Part shown: positions 50,325-60,760 of the stretch, in pieces
Position numbering within the stretch: the first letter of the stretch is position 1
How the letters are laid out: each line of letters opens with the position of its first letter
NCBI GenBank assembly: GCA_050948885.1
Contig: JBMNER010000006.1
Coordinates: forward strand, 1,334 to 65,333
Direction of reading: 5' to 3'
Length of the DNA stretch: 64,000 nt
Origin: Bacilli bacterium
GTDB taxonomy: Bacteria > Bacillota_I > Bacilli_A > RF39 > UBA660
Made by a program: the position numbers and the translations under genes
Notes under the pieces: generated by a model
Database searches by the model: none
What the model was told of the DNA's origin: nothing
What the model saw: only the letters and a program-made list of their open reading frames with translations

Positions 50325-50621
50325 ATGAAAGCAGTAATTGAAACTGGTGGGAAACAATATTATGTTGAAGAAGGTTCAACAATATATGTAGAAAAACTAG
50401 ATGGTAGTGCTGATGATAAAATTACCTTTGATAAAGTGTTAATGGTTAATGGATTGGCGGGTAATCCTTATGTTCAAGGAGTCACCGTTGAAGGCAAAAT
50501 TATTAAACATGGTAAGCAACGTAAAATAGTTGTGTTTAAATACAAACCAAAAAAGCAATATCGCCGTAAACAAGGCCACCGTCAACCATATACAAAAGTA
50601 TTAATCACTAAAATAAGTTAG
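50325..50621 (+). CDS. rplU: 50S ribosomal protein L21
   Basis: GGAGG lies 9 nt before ATG 50325. [12 protein letters not shown]..., [18 protein letters not shown]. Confidence 0.95.
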   Translation: MKAVIETGGKQYYVEEGSTIYVEKLDGSADDKITFDKVLMVNGLAGNPYVQGVTVEGKIIKHGKQRKIVVFKYKPKKQYRRKQGHRQPYTKVLITKIS

Positions 50622-50631
50622 TGGGTATATT

Positions 50632-50937
50632 ATGGTTAAAGTTAAAGTAGAATCCAATAACGGGTATATTAATAAAGTAAGTATAAGTGGTCATGCACAG
50701 TATGATAAATTAGGCAAGGACATTGTTTGTGCTTCCGTTAGTTCAATTGCGATTACTAGTATTAATGCCATCTTAAGCTTTTACCCGGAAGGGATATCAT
50801 ATCAACAAAGTGAAGGTAATTTACAGGTGGTTGTCAAAGAGTTTAATAAAGATATTGATATATTATTAACTAATATGGTTAACATGTTAAAAGAATTAGA
50901 GCGTGATTATCCACATTATATTAGGATAATTATTTAG
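50632..50937 (+). CDS. prp: ribosomal-processing cysteine protease Prp (YsxB)
   Basis: Motifs GHA......G.DIVCASVS. Lies between rplU and rpmA. Confidence 0.9.
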   Translation: MVKVKVESNNGYINKVSISGHAQYDKLGKDIVCASVSSIAITSINAILSFYPEGISYQQSEGNLQVVVKEFNKDIDILLTNMVNMLKELERDYPHYIRIII

Positions 50938-50950
50938 GGAGGTGGAAGAG

Positions 50951-51229
50951 ATGTTACATTTAAATATTCAGTTATTTGCCCAAAAGAAGGGTCAGGGTGC
51001 GACTGGTAATAATCGCGATTCTAAATCAAAGCGATTAGGGGCTAAAGTTTGTGGTGATGAATTAGTTACCGCTGGTTCAATTATATATCGTCAACGTGGG
51101 ACTAAAATTCATCCTGGTAATAATGTTGGCCGTGGTAGTGATGATACTCTTTACGCGAAGATTGATGGCTATGTTAAGTTTGAGCAAGTGGGTAAAAATA
51201 AAAAACAAGTTAGTGTTTACAGTAAATAG
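50951..51229 (+). CDS. rpmA: 50S ribosomal protein L27 (with an N-terminal propeptide)
   Basis: [44 protein letters not shown] carries the Firmicute-type Prp-cleaved extension. Confidence 0.95.
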   Translation: MLHLNIQLFAQKKGQGATGNNRDSKSKRLGAKVCGDELVTAGSIIYRQRGTKIHPGNNVGRGSDDTLYAKIDGYVKFEQVGKNKKQVSVYSK

Positions 51230-51260
51230 ACTAAAGTTAAAATTATTAATTTGACTAGTG

Positions 51261-51289
51261 AAAAGGTTGATGATAACCTTTTCTTTTTT
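51261..51289 (+). terminator. intrinsic terminator after rpmA
   Basis: AAAAGGTT-GATGAT-AACCTTTT followed by CTTTTTT. Confidence 0.8.
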
Positions 51290-51342
51290 GGTTTGATGGG
51301 GTATAATATTAATAATAATACGACTCGGAAAAGGGTGAGGTT

Positions 51343-52623
51343 ATGTTTGTTGATGAAGTAAAAATTAAGATTGAAGCCGGTACTGGTGGGGATGGGTGTA
51401 CGGCTTTTCGTCGGGAAAAATATGTCCCAATGGGGGGACCAGATGGTGGTAATGGTGGTCGTGGTGGGAATGTTATTTTTACGGTTGATTCAGGTTTAAG
51501 AACTCTTTTAGATTTTAAAAGTCAGCGGTTAATAAAAGCGGACCATGGTGGTCATGGTAGTGGTAAAAATAAGGCGGGTAAAAACGCTGAGGATACGATT
51601 GTTAAAGTGCCACCAGGAACGGTTATTACTGACCTTGATACTAATTTAATTGTGGCTGATTTATTAAAAGAAGAAGATAATGTGATTGTCGCTTTAGGTG
51701 GCCGTGGTGGGCGTGGTAATAAATCTTTTGCGACTAATGCTAATCCAGCCCCTAATATCTCAGAAAAAGGGGAGCCTGGTGAAGTAAAGTTTTTAAAATT
51801 AGAATTAAAGTTAATCGCTGATGTTGGTTTAGTTGGGATGCCTAATGTCGGTAAATCAACTATTTTATCTGTGATTTCTAAATCTAAACCGAAGATCGCG
51901 GATTATCATTTTACTACTCTAACCCCTAATTTAGGCGTCGTTCAAACGAAAGATAAACGTTCTTTTGTGGTCGCTGATTTACCGGGTTTAATTGAAGGAG
52001 CGTCTCGTGGTCATGGCTTAGGTGATCGTTTCTTAAAACATATTGAAAGAACGAGAATTATTGTTCATGTTATTGATATGAGTGGTCAAGAGAAACGCAA
52101 TCCTTATCAGGATTATATTACTATTAATAAGGAATTAGAGGAATTTAGTCCCAAATTAATACAAAAACCACAAATAATATTAGCTAATAAGATGGATTTA
52201 CCTAATGCCCCAATTAATTTAAAAAAGTTTAAAGCCAAGGTTCGTTATGGTCGTATTTTTGAAATAGTCGGGCGGGAGAATAAAGGTCTTGATGAGGTTT
52301 TAGTCATACTTGCTAATATGCTTGATGAGATTGATCAAACGCCTTTATATGATGATGAAAAATTAGAAAGACATATTCTTTATAAATTCAATCAAGAAAG
52401 TCCTTTTAAAATTAAAAGATATAATAATATCTGGTTTGTGCAAGGTGAGGAAGTGGAACGCTTATTAAAAATGACTAAGTTCTCCTCGCCTGATGCCGCT
52501 TTACGTTTTACTAGAAAGTTAAGACGATTAGGTATTGATGAGCGTTTAGCGGAAATGGGAGCTAAAGATGGTGATGCGGTTCGCATTTTAGACTTTGAAT
52601 TTACTTATCAGAAAGAAGATTAA
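51343..52623 (+). CDS. obg: GTPase Obg
   Basis: Gly-rich Obg fold (GGDGG.GGRGG), G1 GMPNVGKST, and a C-terminal OCT domain. Confidence 0.97.
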   Translation: MFVDEVKIKIEAGTGGDGCTAFRREKYVPMGGPDGGNGGRGGNVIFTVDSGLRTLLDFKSQRLIKADHGGHGSGKNKAGKNAEDTIVKVPPGTVITDLDTNLIVADLLKEEDNVIVALGGRGGRGNKSFATNANPAPNISEKGEPGEVKFLKLELKLIADVGLVGMPNVGKSTILSVISKSKPKIADYHFTTLTPNLGVVQTKDKRSFVVADLPGLIEGASRGHGLGDRFLKHIERTRIIVHVIDMSGQEKRNPYQDYITINKELEEFSPKLIQKPQIILANKMDLPNAPINLKKFKAKVRYGRIFEIVGRENKGLDEVLVILANMLDEIDQTPLYDDEKLERHILYKFNQESPFKIKRYNNIWFVQGEEVERLLKMTKFSSPDAALRFTRKLRRLGIDERLAEMGAKDGDAVRILDFEFTYQKED

Positions 52624-52710
52624 TAGAGTTTAATATGATTTTTTATTAAAATGGGTTTAATTAATTAATGTTGTTTAATACTATATAAAAATAGTATTGA
52701 GGTGAAAAAG

Positions 52711-53091
52711 ATGCATCAAAAAAAGACGTTAACACTCATTAAAGGATTAACCCTTCTAGTAATGATGACATTACTAATAATTTTTTTATTTCCAGTTGGC
52801 ATGTCGATTTATTTTAAAACGCAGGAAAAAGCTTATGAATTATTTATTAATAAATTAGAACAAGCGGCTACTATTTATGTAAATAATAATACCGATGATT
52901 TTGACGGGTTAAAAGAGGTAAACGGTTTTATTTATATTAGTCTTGATGAATTAGTTAAGGCTAATCTATTAACACCACCAGTTATTAATCCTTTAACCAA
53001 AGATAGTGTTCCCTTAAATACCATTATTAAAATAACCCAGCTCAGTGATAATAAATATGAAGTAGAGTTGTTTTATGGGCAGGGTTTATAA
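52711..53091 (+). CDS. type IV pilin/pseudopilin-like protein (non-canonical class III signal)
   Basis: GAGGTGA lies 5 nt before ATG 52711. MHQKKTLTLIKG/LTLLVMMTLLII resembles a prepilin leader plus hydrophobic helix, but has Val instead of Glu at +5. The C-terminal part (..LVKANLLTPPVINPLT..) is pseudopilin-like. Confidence 0.5.
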   Translation: MHQKKTLTLIKGLTLLVMMTLLIIFLFPVGMSIYFKTQEKAYELFINKLEQAATIYVNNNTDDFDGLKEVNGFIYISLDELVKANLLTPPVINPLTKDSVPLNTIIKITQLSDNKYEVELFYGQGL

Positions 53092-53163
53092 TAAATGCCT
53101 TTTTAGTTGTTAAAAGTTATGACTTTTGATATAATCGGGATAATGAATAATAGGGGTGAAGGA

Positions 53164-53931
53164 ATGAGTTTAAAAAACGGACAAGTTCTTTGTTTCTCTT
53201 CGTTTAAGGGTGGTGTTGGTAAAACCATAACGGTTTTAAATTTAGCCGGTATATACCATCTATTAGATAAAAAAGTTTTGATTATTGATTTTGATTTATG
53301 TGGTGGCGGCGTCGCTTTAGCTTTGAATTTTAAGCCGCGTCATGATCTTTATGATTTAATTGAACATATTAAATTAGATAAATTTACATCATTTGATAAC
53401 TATGTTTTTGCCTATAACAATAATATTGATGTATTGCCTTCTCCGGTGGATTTAAAGATGGGTTTTAAACTTAATTTGGATTATATTGATGATGTTATTA
53501 TTGCGGCTAAAACAAAATATGATGTTATTTTAATTGATACGACCCATGCTTTATCTCACCTTAATTTAATGTTGTGGGAATTAAGTGATCTAACTCTCTT
53601 TATTATTACTAATGATCCACTTGATTTAAATAATGCACAGTCATTGTTAAAGTTGTTAAAGACCAATCAATTTTCTAATTATAAAATTATTCTAAATAAT
53701 GCTAGAGATACTAATAAGAATTATTTTTCGTTGTTTGATATTCGTAAAATAATTAAACATCATGTTGATTATACAATTGATAAGTCTTTTAATATTAAGA
53801 ATATTGATCGCTATATTTTAGAGGGTGAAATTTTACTTTTAAATAAAAAGATTAAAAGATCACAAAAGAATAATTTTAATAAATACGTAAAGATGGCTAA
53901 GAGTTTAATTAATGAGACTGGAGGCAAATAG
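53164..53931 (+). CDS. ParA/MinD-superfamily ATPase, CpaE/TadZ-like
   Basis: GGGGTGAAGGA RBS. Deviant Walker A FKGGVGKT and Walker B VILIDT. Directly upstream of, and nearly abutting, a CpaF-like ATPase gene. Confidence 0.75.
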   Translation: MSLKNGQVLCFSSFKGGVGKTITVLNLAGIYHLLDKKVLIIDFDLCGGGVALALNFKPRHDLYDLIEHIKLDKFTSFDNYVFAYNNNIDVLPSPVDLKMGFKLNLDYIDDVIIAAKTKYDVILIDTTHALSHLNLMLWELSDLTLFIITNDPLDLNNAQSLLKLLKTNQFSNYKIILNNARDTNKNYFSLFDIRKIIKHHVDYTIDKSFNIKNIDRYILEGEILLLNKKIKRSQKNNFNKYVKMAKSLINETGGK

Positions 53932-53932
53932 G

Positions 53933-55237
53933 ATGGGTAAAAAAACATTACTAGAGTTTTTCGGGGTAGAAAAAGGTAATATTAAGAAAAATGTTAAATT
54001 TAATTATGAGGTTTTTGGAAACAGTTTATTAATTAACAATGCCCAAAAAAAGATTATTCAAAAACTAATTGACCTAAACGTAACGCCTAATTCATATAAT
54101 GAAGCGGAGATTCAAAAGCTAATTAATGAATTCAATGTATCCGATATTGAAAAAAGTTATCTACGTCATATGGTTGATAATGAGGTTAACGGGTTTGGCC
54201 CTTTAACCGATTTAATTAATAATGATGATATTAGTCAAATAATGGTTAATGGTCCGCAACAGGTTTTTGTTGAGTTAGATGGTAAAATTATTAAAGATGA
54301 TAATGTTGGCTTTTTAAATCGCGAACATATTCGCCAAGTACTAATAAGACTATTAGAGCCACTTGATAAGAAACTAGAGGATTTAGAAGCCGCTTTTAAA
54401 GTAGAATTATTAAATAAAATGAAGTTAAGTGTTATTATGCCCCCGATAACTAAAGACGGGCCCGTCTTTACTATTAGAAAAAATCCTAATATTAAAATTG
54501 ATATTGAGGAACTATTAAGATTAGGAACTCTAACCCCATATATGGCTCGATTTTTAGAGGCCGCCGTTTTAGCTAAATTAAATATTATTATCTGTGGAAC
54601 TTCCGGCAGCGGGAAGACCACTTTACTAAATGCTTTATCTTATTTAGTCGATGAAAGCGAACGCTTAATTGTGATTGATAATAATAATGAATTAAATATT
54701 AAAACCCCGAATGTTGTTATGTTAGAAAGTGATACTCAGTTAACTAATATTACGGTTAATGATTTAGTTTCTTACAGCTTAAATTTAAGACCAGATCGCT
54801 TAATAATTGGTGAATTAAAAGGTAAAGAGACTTTTCAGGTAATGAATGCTTTAAATACTGGAATAGAAGGTTTAATAACGACTATGTATGCTGGCTCGGT
54901 TTCGGATGCTTTAAATAGATTAGAAACCTTAATCTTAATGGATGGTATTGAAACCTCAAAATTAGTGATTAGAAATTATATTATGAATAATATAGACTTA
55001 ATTGTTCATATTGATCGCTTAAGTGATGGGCGACGCAAGGTTGTTAATATTTCTGAAATATTAGCGGTCAGTCAAGAGGGTATTAGAGTTCAAGAAATAT
55101 TTGCTTTCCATAAAAAAGGGTTAATCAATAATAACCAAGTACACGGGGAATTTATCTTATTTAAGTATCTGCCAAAAACATATGAAAAAATAAAAGCCAA
55201 GGGAATTAATACTATTAAAGATATATTTAGTGTCTAA
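53933..55237 (+). CDS. CpaF/TadA/VirB11-family secretion ATPase (divergent Asp and His boxes)
   Basis: GGAGG lies 8 nt before ATG 53933. Has a T2SE N-domain (ISQIMVNGPQQVFVE), Walker A GTSGSGKTT and Walker B RPDRLIIGELKG. Confidence 0.85.
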   Translation: MGKKTLLEFFGVEKGNIKKNVKFNYEVFGNSLLINNAQKKIIQKLIDLNVTPNSYNEAEIQKLINEFNVSDIEKSYLRHMVDNEVNGFGPLTDLINNDDISQIMVNGPQQVFVELDGKIIKDDNVGFLNREHIRQVLIRLLEPLDKKLEDLEAAFKVELLNKMKLSVIMPPITKDGPVFTIRKNPNIKIDIEELLRLGTLTPYMARFLEAAVLAKLNIIICGTSGSGKTTLLNALSYLVDESERLIVIDNNNELNIKTPNVVMLESDTQLTNITVNDLVSYSLNLRPDRLIIGELKGKETFQVMNALNTGIEGLITTMYAGSVSDALNRLETLILMDGIETSKLVIRNYIMNNIDLIVHIDRLSDGRRKVVNISEILAVSQEGIRVQEIFAFHKKGLINNNQVHGEFILFKYLPKTYEKIKAKGINTIKDIFSV

Positions 55238-55383
55238 AGGAGGTAAAATAGGTTATTTTTATATAAAATTAATATGATACATGTTATAATATTATTGATA
55301 GTAGTTTATCTATTTTCTTACTTTGTGTTAAATCAGTCTTATTACTTAGATAAACGATAGTTTTAAGGAAGAAAGGAGTTCAT

Positions 55384-55707
55384 ATGAGTAGTTTTATTTA
55401 CTATTGTTATGTAGGATTAAGGAAGGGAGTTAGTTCAGTACTAATAAGGATTCCATTTTTTGATAAGTATGGTGACCATTATAAGAAATATATGACTAAG
55501 AAAGACAAAAAGGATACGTTACCAATTGATTTTATTTCTACTAAATTTCTTCTTGGTTTTTTCTTACTATTAATAGGCTATTTATTTAATTTATATTATA
55601 ATTTAACCATGTCCGTTGAGAGCGGTTTAGTCATGTTTTTAATTGGTTATATCTTATTAGATATTAGTTTAGAAATGAAAGTGCGAAAAACAAAGACTAG
55701 TAAATAA
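55384..55707 (+). CDS. hypothetical membrane protein (107 aa)
   Basis: AAAGGAG lies 6 nt before the ATG. Two C-terminal TM helices. It is the last gene of the pilin-like/ATPase cluster. Confidence 0.6.
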   Translation: MSSFIYYCYVGLRKGVSSVLIRIPFFDKYGDHYKKYMTKKDKKDTLPIDFISTKFLLGFFLLLIGYLFNLYYNLTMSVESGLVMFLIGYILLDISLEMKVRKTKTSK

Positions 55708-55728
55708 CTAATAAAAGGGGGTCAGGTA

Positions 55729-56448
55729 ATGGCTGGTCATTCAAAATGGTCAAATATTAAAAGGCGTAAAGAAGCGCAAGATGCAGTAAGAGGTCAAATA
55801 TTTCAAAAATTAGCTAAAGAAATATATGTAGCAGCCAAGAGTGGTGATAAAGACCCTAAGAATAATGCTAATCTTAGAATGGTAGTTGAAAAGGCTAAAA
55901 GTGCTAATATGCCTAATGATAGAATAGATAAAGCTATAGAAAAGGCTCATAGTGTAGGTAATGCTGAAGATTATGAAAGTGTACTTTATGAAGGTTATGG
56001 ACCTGGTGGTATAGCGATTATGGTTGATACATTAACTGATAATAGAAATAGAACAGCATCAATGGTAAGAACCGCTTTTACTAAGAACGGTGGTAATTTA
56101 GGTACCAATGGTTCCGTTAGTTACTTATTTGAGCGAAAAGGTATTATTGTAGTATCAAATAAGTATAATGAAGAAGATGTAATGATGAATGTAATTGAAA
56201 ATGGTGCGATAGACTTTAAAGTAAATGATGATAGTTATGAAATTATAACTGAACCAGAGGATTTTATTAAAGCAAAAGAAGGGTTAGAAAAAGATATAGA
56301 TGAATTTATAGCTTCGGAAATTACTTTTTTACCACAATTGGAAATAGAAGTTAGTGAGGCAATGCAAGAAAAAGTTTTAAATATAATAGAGGCCTTAGAA
56401 GAATTAGATGATGTTCAAAATGTATATTATAATATGAAAGAAGAATAA
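55729..56448 (+). CDS. yebC: YebC/PmpR family DNA-binding regulator
   Basis: MAGHSKWSNIKRRKEAQDA.RG N-terminus. 239 aa. Confidence 0.95.
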   Translation: MAGHSKWSNIKRRKEAQDAVRGQIFQKLAKEIYVAAKSGDKDPKNNANLRMVVEKAKSANMPNDRIDKAIEKAHSVGNAEDYESVLYEGYGPGGIAIMVDTLTDNRNRTASMVRTAFTKNGGNLGTNGSVSYLFERKGIIVVSNKYNEEDVMMNVIENGAIDFKVNDDSYEIITEPEDFIKAKEGLEKDIDEFIASEITFLPQLEIEVSEAMQEKVLNIIEALEELDDVQNVYYNMKEE

Positions 56449-56502
56449 ATGATATTTATACGACATAATTTTAAAATAGTTTTTATTTAATATAAAATTC
56501 TG

Positions 56503-56527
56503 AAAATATCTGAAAAGATATTTTTTT
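56503..56527 (+). terminator. intrinsic terminator after yebC
   Basis: AAAATATC-TGAAAA-GATATTTT followed by TTT. An extended -10 (TGGTATAAT, 56529-56537) for ruvA follows immediately. Confidence 0.65.
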
Positions 56528-56558
56528 ATGGTATAATTTTTTTAGAAGAGGTGAATCA

Positions 56559-57113
56559 ATGTACTCATATATAATTGGCAAAGTAATGGCTATTAATAGT
56601 AATAGTATTGTTCTTGATAATAATAAAATGGGGTATTTAATTTATACTCCGCTTCCTTATTCTTTTAAGTTAGAGGAAGAAATAAAAGTATATATTTATC
56701 AACATATAAAGGAAGATGAGAATACTTTATATGGTTTTAAGGATATTGGGGAGCGGGAATTGTTTTTAAAATTAATTAGTGTTAAGGGTTTAGGCCCTAA
56801 AATGGCTTTACCAATATTATCGGTAAGTAGTGTTTCGGGTATTATTGATGCGATTGAAAGAGAAAATATTTTATATTTAAAGAAGTTTCCGCGAATTGGT
56901 GATAAAATTGCCCGCCAGATTATTTTAGATTTAAAAGGAAAATTAGTAAAGCAGACCGATAAAATAGCTGAGGAACCATTTACTGATTTAATAGAAGCTT
57001 TAAAAGGGTTAGGGTATAAAGTAAATATAATTAATCATATTTTACCAAAGATAAATAGTAATTTAGAATTAGAACAACAAATTAAAGAAGCATTAAGATT
57101 GTTACTAAAATAG
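56559..57113 (+). CDS. ruvA: Holliday junction branch migration protein RuvA
   Basis: OB-fold N-terminus and HhH motifs (L..V.G.GPK.AL.IL). ruvA-ruvB order. Confidence 0.9.
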   Translation: MYSYIIGKVMAINSNSIVLDNNKMGYLIYTPLPYSFKLEEEIKVYIYQHIKEDENTLYGFKDIGERELFLKLISVKGLGPKMALPILSVSSVSGIIDAIERENILYLKKFPRIGDKIARQIILDLKGKLVKQTDKIAEEPFTDLIEALKGLGYKVNIINHILPKINSNLELEQQIKEALRLLLK

Positions 57114-57125
57114 AAAGGAGAAGGT

Positions 57126-58130
57126 ATGGAAGAGAGAGTTATTACTAATAAGGAATTAAAAGACGATACTTTTGAGGTTAATTTAAGACCGGATAGTATT
57201 GATGAATATGTTGGTCAAACGGATGTTACCGATAATATTAGAGTTTTTATTGAGGCCGCTAAGATGCGCGAAGAGTCGTTAGATCATGTATTATTATATG
57301 GACCGCCCGGTTTAGGTAAAACCACTTTAGCTTATATTATCGCTAATGAATTAGGGAGCAATATAAAAACCGTTAGTGGTCCAACAATTGAAAAAAGTGG
57401 TGATTTAGCCGCGGTTCTTTCTACATTAGAACCAGGTGATGTTTTATTTATTGATGAAATTCACCGCTTACCGCGTTATATTGAGGAAATATTATATCCG
57501 GCCATGGAGGATTTTAATCTGGATATTATTGTAGGTAGTGAAACTAGTACCAAAAATATTACCATTAATTTACCCCCTTTTACTTTAGTAGGAGCGACTA
57601 CTAGAGCGGGTGATTTATCGGCTCCACTAAGAAACCGTTTTGGTATTATTGCCAAACTTAATTATTATACAGTTGATGAACTATTAGCTATTATTAAAAG
57701 AACTAGTCGGGTTTTAAAGGTCAAGATTAATGATGAAGCTGCTTTTGAATTAGCGAGTCGCAGTCGGGGCACACCAAGGATTGCCAATCGCTTATTTAAA
57801 AGAGTTAGTGATTTTGCCCTAGTTTTAGGTAATGGTCATATTGATAAAAAGATTACATTGGAAGCTTTAACTAAGTTAAAAGTTGATCATTTAGGTTTAG
57901 ATGATACCGATTATCAACTATTAAGAGCCATAATTGAAAAATTTAATGGAGGACCGGTGGGGATTGAAGCTATATCGTCAGCGATTGGGGAAGAAGTAAC
58001 AACCATTTTAGATGTTTATGAACCATATTTATTACAAATCGGTTTACTAAAAAGAACGCCAAGGGGAAGAGTAGCTACTAAGTTAGCTTACAAACACTTA
58101 AATATTAATCACCAAACGGAACTATTATAG
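57126..58130 (+). CDS. ruvB: Holliday junction DNA helicase RuvB
   Basis: LRP....EYVGQ, Walker [10 protein letters not shown], Walker [10 protein letters not shown], and the [10 protein letters not shown] sensor. Confidence 0.97.
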   Translation: MEERVITNKELKDDTFEVNLRPDSIDEYVGQTDVTDNIRVFIEAAKMREESLDHVLLYGPPGLGKTTLAYIIANELGSNIKTVSGPTIEKSGDLAAVLSTLEPGDVLFIDEIHRLPRYIEEILYPAMEDFNLDIIVGSETSTKNITINLPPFTLVGATTRAGDLSAPLRNRFGIIAKLNYYTVDELLAIIKRTSRVLKVKINDEAAFELASRSRGTPRIANRLFKRVSDFALVLGNGHIDKKITLEALTKLKVDHLGLDDTDYQLLRAIIEKFNGGPVGIEAISSAIGEEVTTILDVYEPYLLQIGLLKRTPRGRVATKLAYKHLNINHQTELL

Positions 58131-58137
58131 GTGTAAT

Positions 58138-59160
58138 ATGAACCTTGATGATTTTAATTACGAACTACCAAAAACTTTAATAGCGCAGACACCTCTTAAG
58201 AAACGTGATCAGTCTCGTCTTTTAGTATTAGATAGAAAGACCAATCATATTAAACATGATGTTTTTTATAATGTCATAAACTATTTAAATAAAGGTGATA
58301 TATTAGTTTTAAATAATTCGAAAGTTATTCCAGTTCGTCTTTTAGGGAGAAAAGAAAAAACAAAGGCGAAGATTGAATTATTATTATTAAAAGAAGAAAA
58401 TAATATCTGGGAAGCTTTAGTTAAACCGAGTCGTCGCGTTAAAATAAATACGGTTATTAGTTTTGGTGATGGACAACTAAAAGCAAAGTGTGTTCAAGTG
58501 TTAAAGGACGGCATAAGTAAGTTTACATTAATATATGATGGCCTTTTATATACATTACTAGATGAGTTAGGTCAGATGCCCTTGCCCCCATATATTACTC
58601 AAGCATTAAAGGACAAGGATAGTTATCAAACGGTATACGCTAGAAATAAAGGAAGTGCGGCCGCACCGACAGCGGGTTTTCATTTTACTAAGTCATTACT
58701 AGAAAAAACAAAACAGAAAGGGGTCAAAATAGTGCCTATTACTTTACATGTTGGTTTAGGTACTTTTCGTCCCGTTAAAGTAAACAACATTAAAGATCAT
58801 ACGATGCATAGTGAGTTTTATATGATGAGTAAGGAAACGGCGGATATTTTAAATAAAGCAAAAGTAACGAAGAGAAAAATTATAGCCGTTGGGACTACCA
58901 CCGTTAGAACTCTAGAGGCAATCATAAAAAAATATGGTAAATTTACAGAGTGTTCAGGATGGACCAATATTTTTATTTACCCGGGATATCAATTTAAGGC
59001 CATTGATATGTTGCTAACAAATTTTCATCTTCCTAAATCAACTTTAATTATGTTGGTTAGTGCTTTAGCGACCAAAGAAAAGGTTATGTGTGCTTACTCT
59101 GAGGCAATAAAGGAAAAATACCGTTTCTTTTCATTTGGTGATAGTATGTTGATTAAATAA
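58138..59160 (+). CDS. queA: tRNA preQ1(34) S-adenosylmethionine ribosyltransferase-isomerase QueA
   Basis: Motifs LPPYI, YQTVYA...GS.AAPTAGLHFT, VGTT..R.LE. Confidence 0.95.
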   Translation: MNLDDFNYELPKTLIAQTPLKKRDQSRLLVLDRKTNHIKHDVFYNVINYLNKGDILVLNNSKVIPVRLLGRKEKTKAKIELLLLKEENNIWEALVKPSRRVKINTVISFGDGQLKAKCVQVLKDGISKFTLIYDGLLYTLLDELGQMPLPPYITQALKDKDSYQTVYARNKGSAAAPTAGFHFTKSLLEKTKQKGVKIVPITLHVGLGTFRPVKVNNIKDHTMHSEFYMMSKETADILNKAKVTKRKIIAVGTTTVRTLEAIIKKYGKFTECSGWTNIFIYPGYQFKAIDMLLTNFHLPKSTLIMLVSALATKEKVMCAYSEAIKEKYRFFSFGDSMLIK

Positions 59161-59500
59161 TAAATAGTAATTTCGTTTCGTATTATTGATTTTATTATTT
59201 TTGGAAAACACCTGACATTACTAAAAGTTTCCATTAGTATAACTTAATAACTACTATATATGATACTATATTTATACTAGGAACTGATATACTTTTACTG
59301 GTTGATAAATTAGAACAAATAAACCTAAAGAGTAGCCAAAAGGCCAGAACATACCTTGAAATACTTAAGGGAAATGAGGAATTACAAGGTTTATATTTAG
59401 AAACATTTAATAAAAGAGTGCCGTTAGATGGAAATAACCCTCATCAAGAATCTACACCATCTAGAGAGGCAATCCTATCTAAACGAAGAGATAATTAACA

Positions 59501-59522
59501 AAGGGATTATATCCCTTTTTTT
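59501..59522 (+). terminator. intrinsic terminator inside the queA-tgt gap
   Basis: AAGGGA-TTATA-TCCCTT followed by TTTTT. Confidence 0.7.
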
Positions 59523-59536
59523 ATATGATATAATAA

Positions 59537-60694
<1,158 letters not shown>

Positions 60695-60702
60695 TTTAAA
60701 GA

Positions 60703-60731
60703 TTGACAAATATCGTAATTAATAGTAGTAT
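60703..60731 (+). promoter_or_regulatory. candidate sigma-A promoter for the tandem paralogue pair
   Basis: TTGACA (60703-60708), a 17-nt spacer and TAGTAT (60726-60731). Confidence 0.55.
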
Positions 60732-60760
60732 ATATAACAATTTAAAAAAGGAGTAATTAG

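Noticed and set aside
53164-53931. ParA-like ATPase considered as the missing MinD.
   Set aside because: It is not next to mreD or minC and it nearly abuts a CpaF-like ATPase gene. Its C-terminus (..MAKSLINETGGK) lacks an amphipathic membrane-targeting helix of the MinD type. A CpaE/TadZ-like role fits better.
55274-55360. 28-codon hydrophobic ORF after the CpaF-like gene, considered as a Flp-type pilin. Also the AGGAGG at 55238-55243.
   Set aside because: There is no RBS near its ATG and no G/xxxxEY-type Flp processing motif. The AGGAGG right after the cpaF stop is not followed by any start codon at usable spacing. It is mentioned under the Tad-like finding but not called as a feature.
56449-56558. 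LexA (Cheo box, CGAAC-N4-GTTCG) site upstream of ruvAB.
   Set aside because: No match is present. Only a terminator and an extended -10 element were seen.
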